From Chrysomallon squamiferum (lineage: Eukaryota; Animalia; Mollusca): a stretch of 64,000 nt of DNA. The stretch is taken from contig CM022666.1 of assembly GCA_012295275.1 (NCBI GenBank), positions 8,680,001 to 8,744,000 on the forward strand. Direction: 5' to 3'. Position numbers and translations under genes: made by a program. Of this stretch, positions 60,545 through 64,000 are shown piece after piece; the first letter of the stretch is position 1; the number at the start of each line of letters is the position of its first letter. The notes below the pieces were generated by a model that had not been told where the DNA came from, made no database searches, and saw nothing but the letters and a program-made list of their open reading frames with translations.

Positions 60545-62844
60545 CAACTCAAAAAAAGTTCATATTTATTATTTTTAATTTTTTCTTCTTTTTTTTTCAT
60601 TCAAAAAAAAATGAATTATGCGCCAAATTAAACAGTATAATGTTATGTACAAATCATGTTTTGAAATTAAGAAAAATCATAAAACAATAACATGGACAAA
60701 TCAGACTCACAGAAGAGACATGAATAGTAAATTAAATGGGAACACATCGAATGAAGAGAACATTTTTTTTGTTTTGTTTTGTTTTTAATTTTACAAATTA
60801 AAATCTTAATTTGAATTTTTTTCAATAATTTCATTCACTTAGAATGTTTCTTTCAACTGTTTTCAAAGTCGAATGTATCAAGCTATTTTTTCTTTTCTTT
60901 AACTTTCCTGTTTTTAGAATATTAAGAAAAAAGACACGGAATACGAGTAAAATTAATATAATTATATAAACTTTTGTTTTTAATTCTTGTAAACTTAAAA
61001 CTGATTAAACGTTTTAACCCAGTTTTAGATGTTAATATTACATTTTTAAAGCATTGAACATTTTGTTTTTTAAATTCAATTTAGGTGTAAATCATTTTTA
61101 ATACACCTTCAAGAAAAACATAAAAGCTTAAATAATGTTTTCAAACTACTAATTGTCTTAATACATATAAAAAACATACGGCTTGACATGTTTGTAAATT
61201 TATTAACAGGAATGTAAAAGAAAGTTAAACCTTTTTCACTTGTGTTAATAAAAGCTTAATGATATCAACATTGTAAAAGGATCAAAATAAATTTTCATAA
61301 AAAGTTAAACAACTTTTTTTCTCAACCCCTAGAAAATCGTTAAAATATCGACATTTAAAATGTCGTAAAAAAAACGTCCTTGAAAAGTTTATGTAACTTT
61401 TACAATATTTGTTTAATATCTACAAAACATTAAGATATAATCTGAGAAAACTTAAAAACGGAATGTCAGTGAACTTTATACGCTATCTTTTCTTAGGTTC
61501 TTATAAAAATCTTGTGATATCGACTTTCTAAAAATTCGATGAAACACGTCAATAAAAGTTTAACTTTTTATTCAGAGCTTTTACTTTCTTAACTGTTTAT
61601 CAGTTGTTAATTATGTAAATTATTCTAACACTTTATAAATACTTAAATAGCTTTTAATACATTCTTAATACCTAGACTGAAGTTTTTACACTATCTTTAT
61701 ATAAATACCTATATGATTAAAGATAATGGCATTTTTATAAATTCGAAACAGAATGTTCCGTGTATATTTAAAAAAGCATTTGTATTCTATTTTCTTATTT
61801 CTATAAAATGTCACGAAATGGACATAAGAATCTATGGAATGTAGTTGAAATAAATAATGTAACAAAATTAAGTTAGCCGTGTGAATTTCATTATCTTAAA
61901 TTAATCACACATTTGTCATTTTCGTAAGGCGCAACAACAACAAAAAAATCTGTAAAATATAATAATATATATAATATGTATATAATAATCTAGCAAATTA
62001 TCTGTACATCTCTAGAAAATCATCTTATTTCTCTCAAAACAATAACGGTACAAAACAAAAATGTCCCAAAATAAAAATAAACAATGGAATGATTCTGGTA
62101 ACATAGTTAATGAATTGTGACAAATAAAAACATGAAAAGGAAAAAAAATATTATTTTGGTTTAAAAATAATAAAATAAAATTATTATGCTATGGTTCGGG
62201 ACATTGACGTGACTACCTATCAGTATAAAAAGATGAATTACATTATTGTCACAATGTTTACCTAAGAAGAAGTATACCCTCATGAGAAATGAACAAATGA
62301 AATGTATTTCTTCCTTTCTTCTCTCTCTCAGACAACAACTACATCTTTGCAGCGACCACTCTGTGGGTTTTTGTTGTTGCTTTTTCTTTTCGCAGAATAA
62401 AATAAAAACGATTGTAGTATATAAAATGTTATTTTAGCACATTATGTTTTGAGAAAACTTTGGGTCCCTGGATTTCGCTATCACTGAAACACAAACTAAC
62501 GCACCTCGTAGAGATTTTTTTCTTTTTTTTTTTCTTTTTTTCTTTTTTTCTAAAAAAAAGTTTGTCTATATCATTCATTAAGTGTTTGTACTCACTGACA
62601 ATTTCATCCCTCGCCGAGCAACACACCCGCGTGCAAACGAATAAAAAAACAGAAAATCCTCTTGCTGTTGTTGTTTCGCTCAAACAGTTCTCCACCTGCA
62701 CGGACTTCTCTTCTTTCTTGCTTTGTCAGTTTCACTATCAGCGAGCTGAGGAATTTTATTATTATTTCTTTTCTTTTTTTCTTTTTTTAAAACTTGTTTT
62801 TTTAAAGTTTTTATTTTTCCTTTTTCGCTTTCTCTCACTCATTG
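60545..62844 (-). other. Probable long 3' UTR of SoxB1
   Basis: Unique AT-rich sequence immediately after the stop codon, lacking the long di-/tri-/tetranucleotide microsatellites found elsewhere. On the minus strand there is AATAAA at 60565-60570 followed by a U/GU-rich tract, and TGTACATA at 60644-60651. The end point is uncertain because other AATAAA hexamers exist. Confidence 0.45.
60565..60570 (-). terminator. Candidate polyadenylation signal for SoxB1
   Basis: The minus strand reads AATAAATATGAACTTTTTTTGAGTTGTTCATGGTTATTTT, i.e. the hexamer plus a U/GU-rich downstream element. Confidence 0.35.
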
Positions 62845-63906
<1,062 letters not shown>

Positions 63907-64000
63907 TCAATTAAAAACAAAACAACACACTTTTGTTTCGTTATGTTGTCGTTGTAGTCGTCACTCGTGTTGTTGCTGTGGTTGTTGTAGTTGTCCTTCT

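Overview
This is eukaryotic, very AT-rich, microsatellite-saturated animal DNA. It looks like an invertebrate, possibly a mollusc, but the species cannot be fixed from sequence alone. The only convincing gene is an intronless SoxB1 (Sox1/2/3, SoxNeuro-type) HMG-box transcription factor on the minus strand at the right end (CDS about 62845-63858), with a probable 3' UTR of about 2.3 kb. The remaining ~60 kb downstream is an apparent gene desert in which short (200-700 bp) unique CpG-rich blocks alternate with simple repeats. Those blocks carry recurring motifs: CTCF-like sites with an orientation switch, eight perfect CRE palindromes, Sox-POU composites, RFX X-boxes, a recurrent TCGCCAATTA element and CLEAR-type E-boxes. 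The best candidate 'system' is an undescribed SoxB1 downstream cis-regulatory landscape. All regulatory calls are by-eye motif inferences and the counts may be incomplete. Nearly all other ORFs in the track are microsatellite artefacts.
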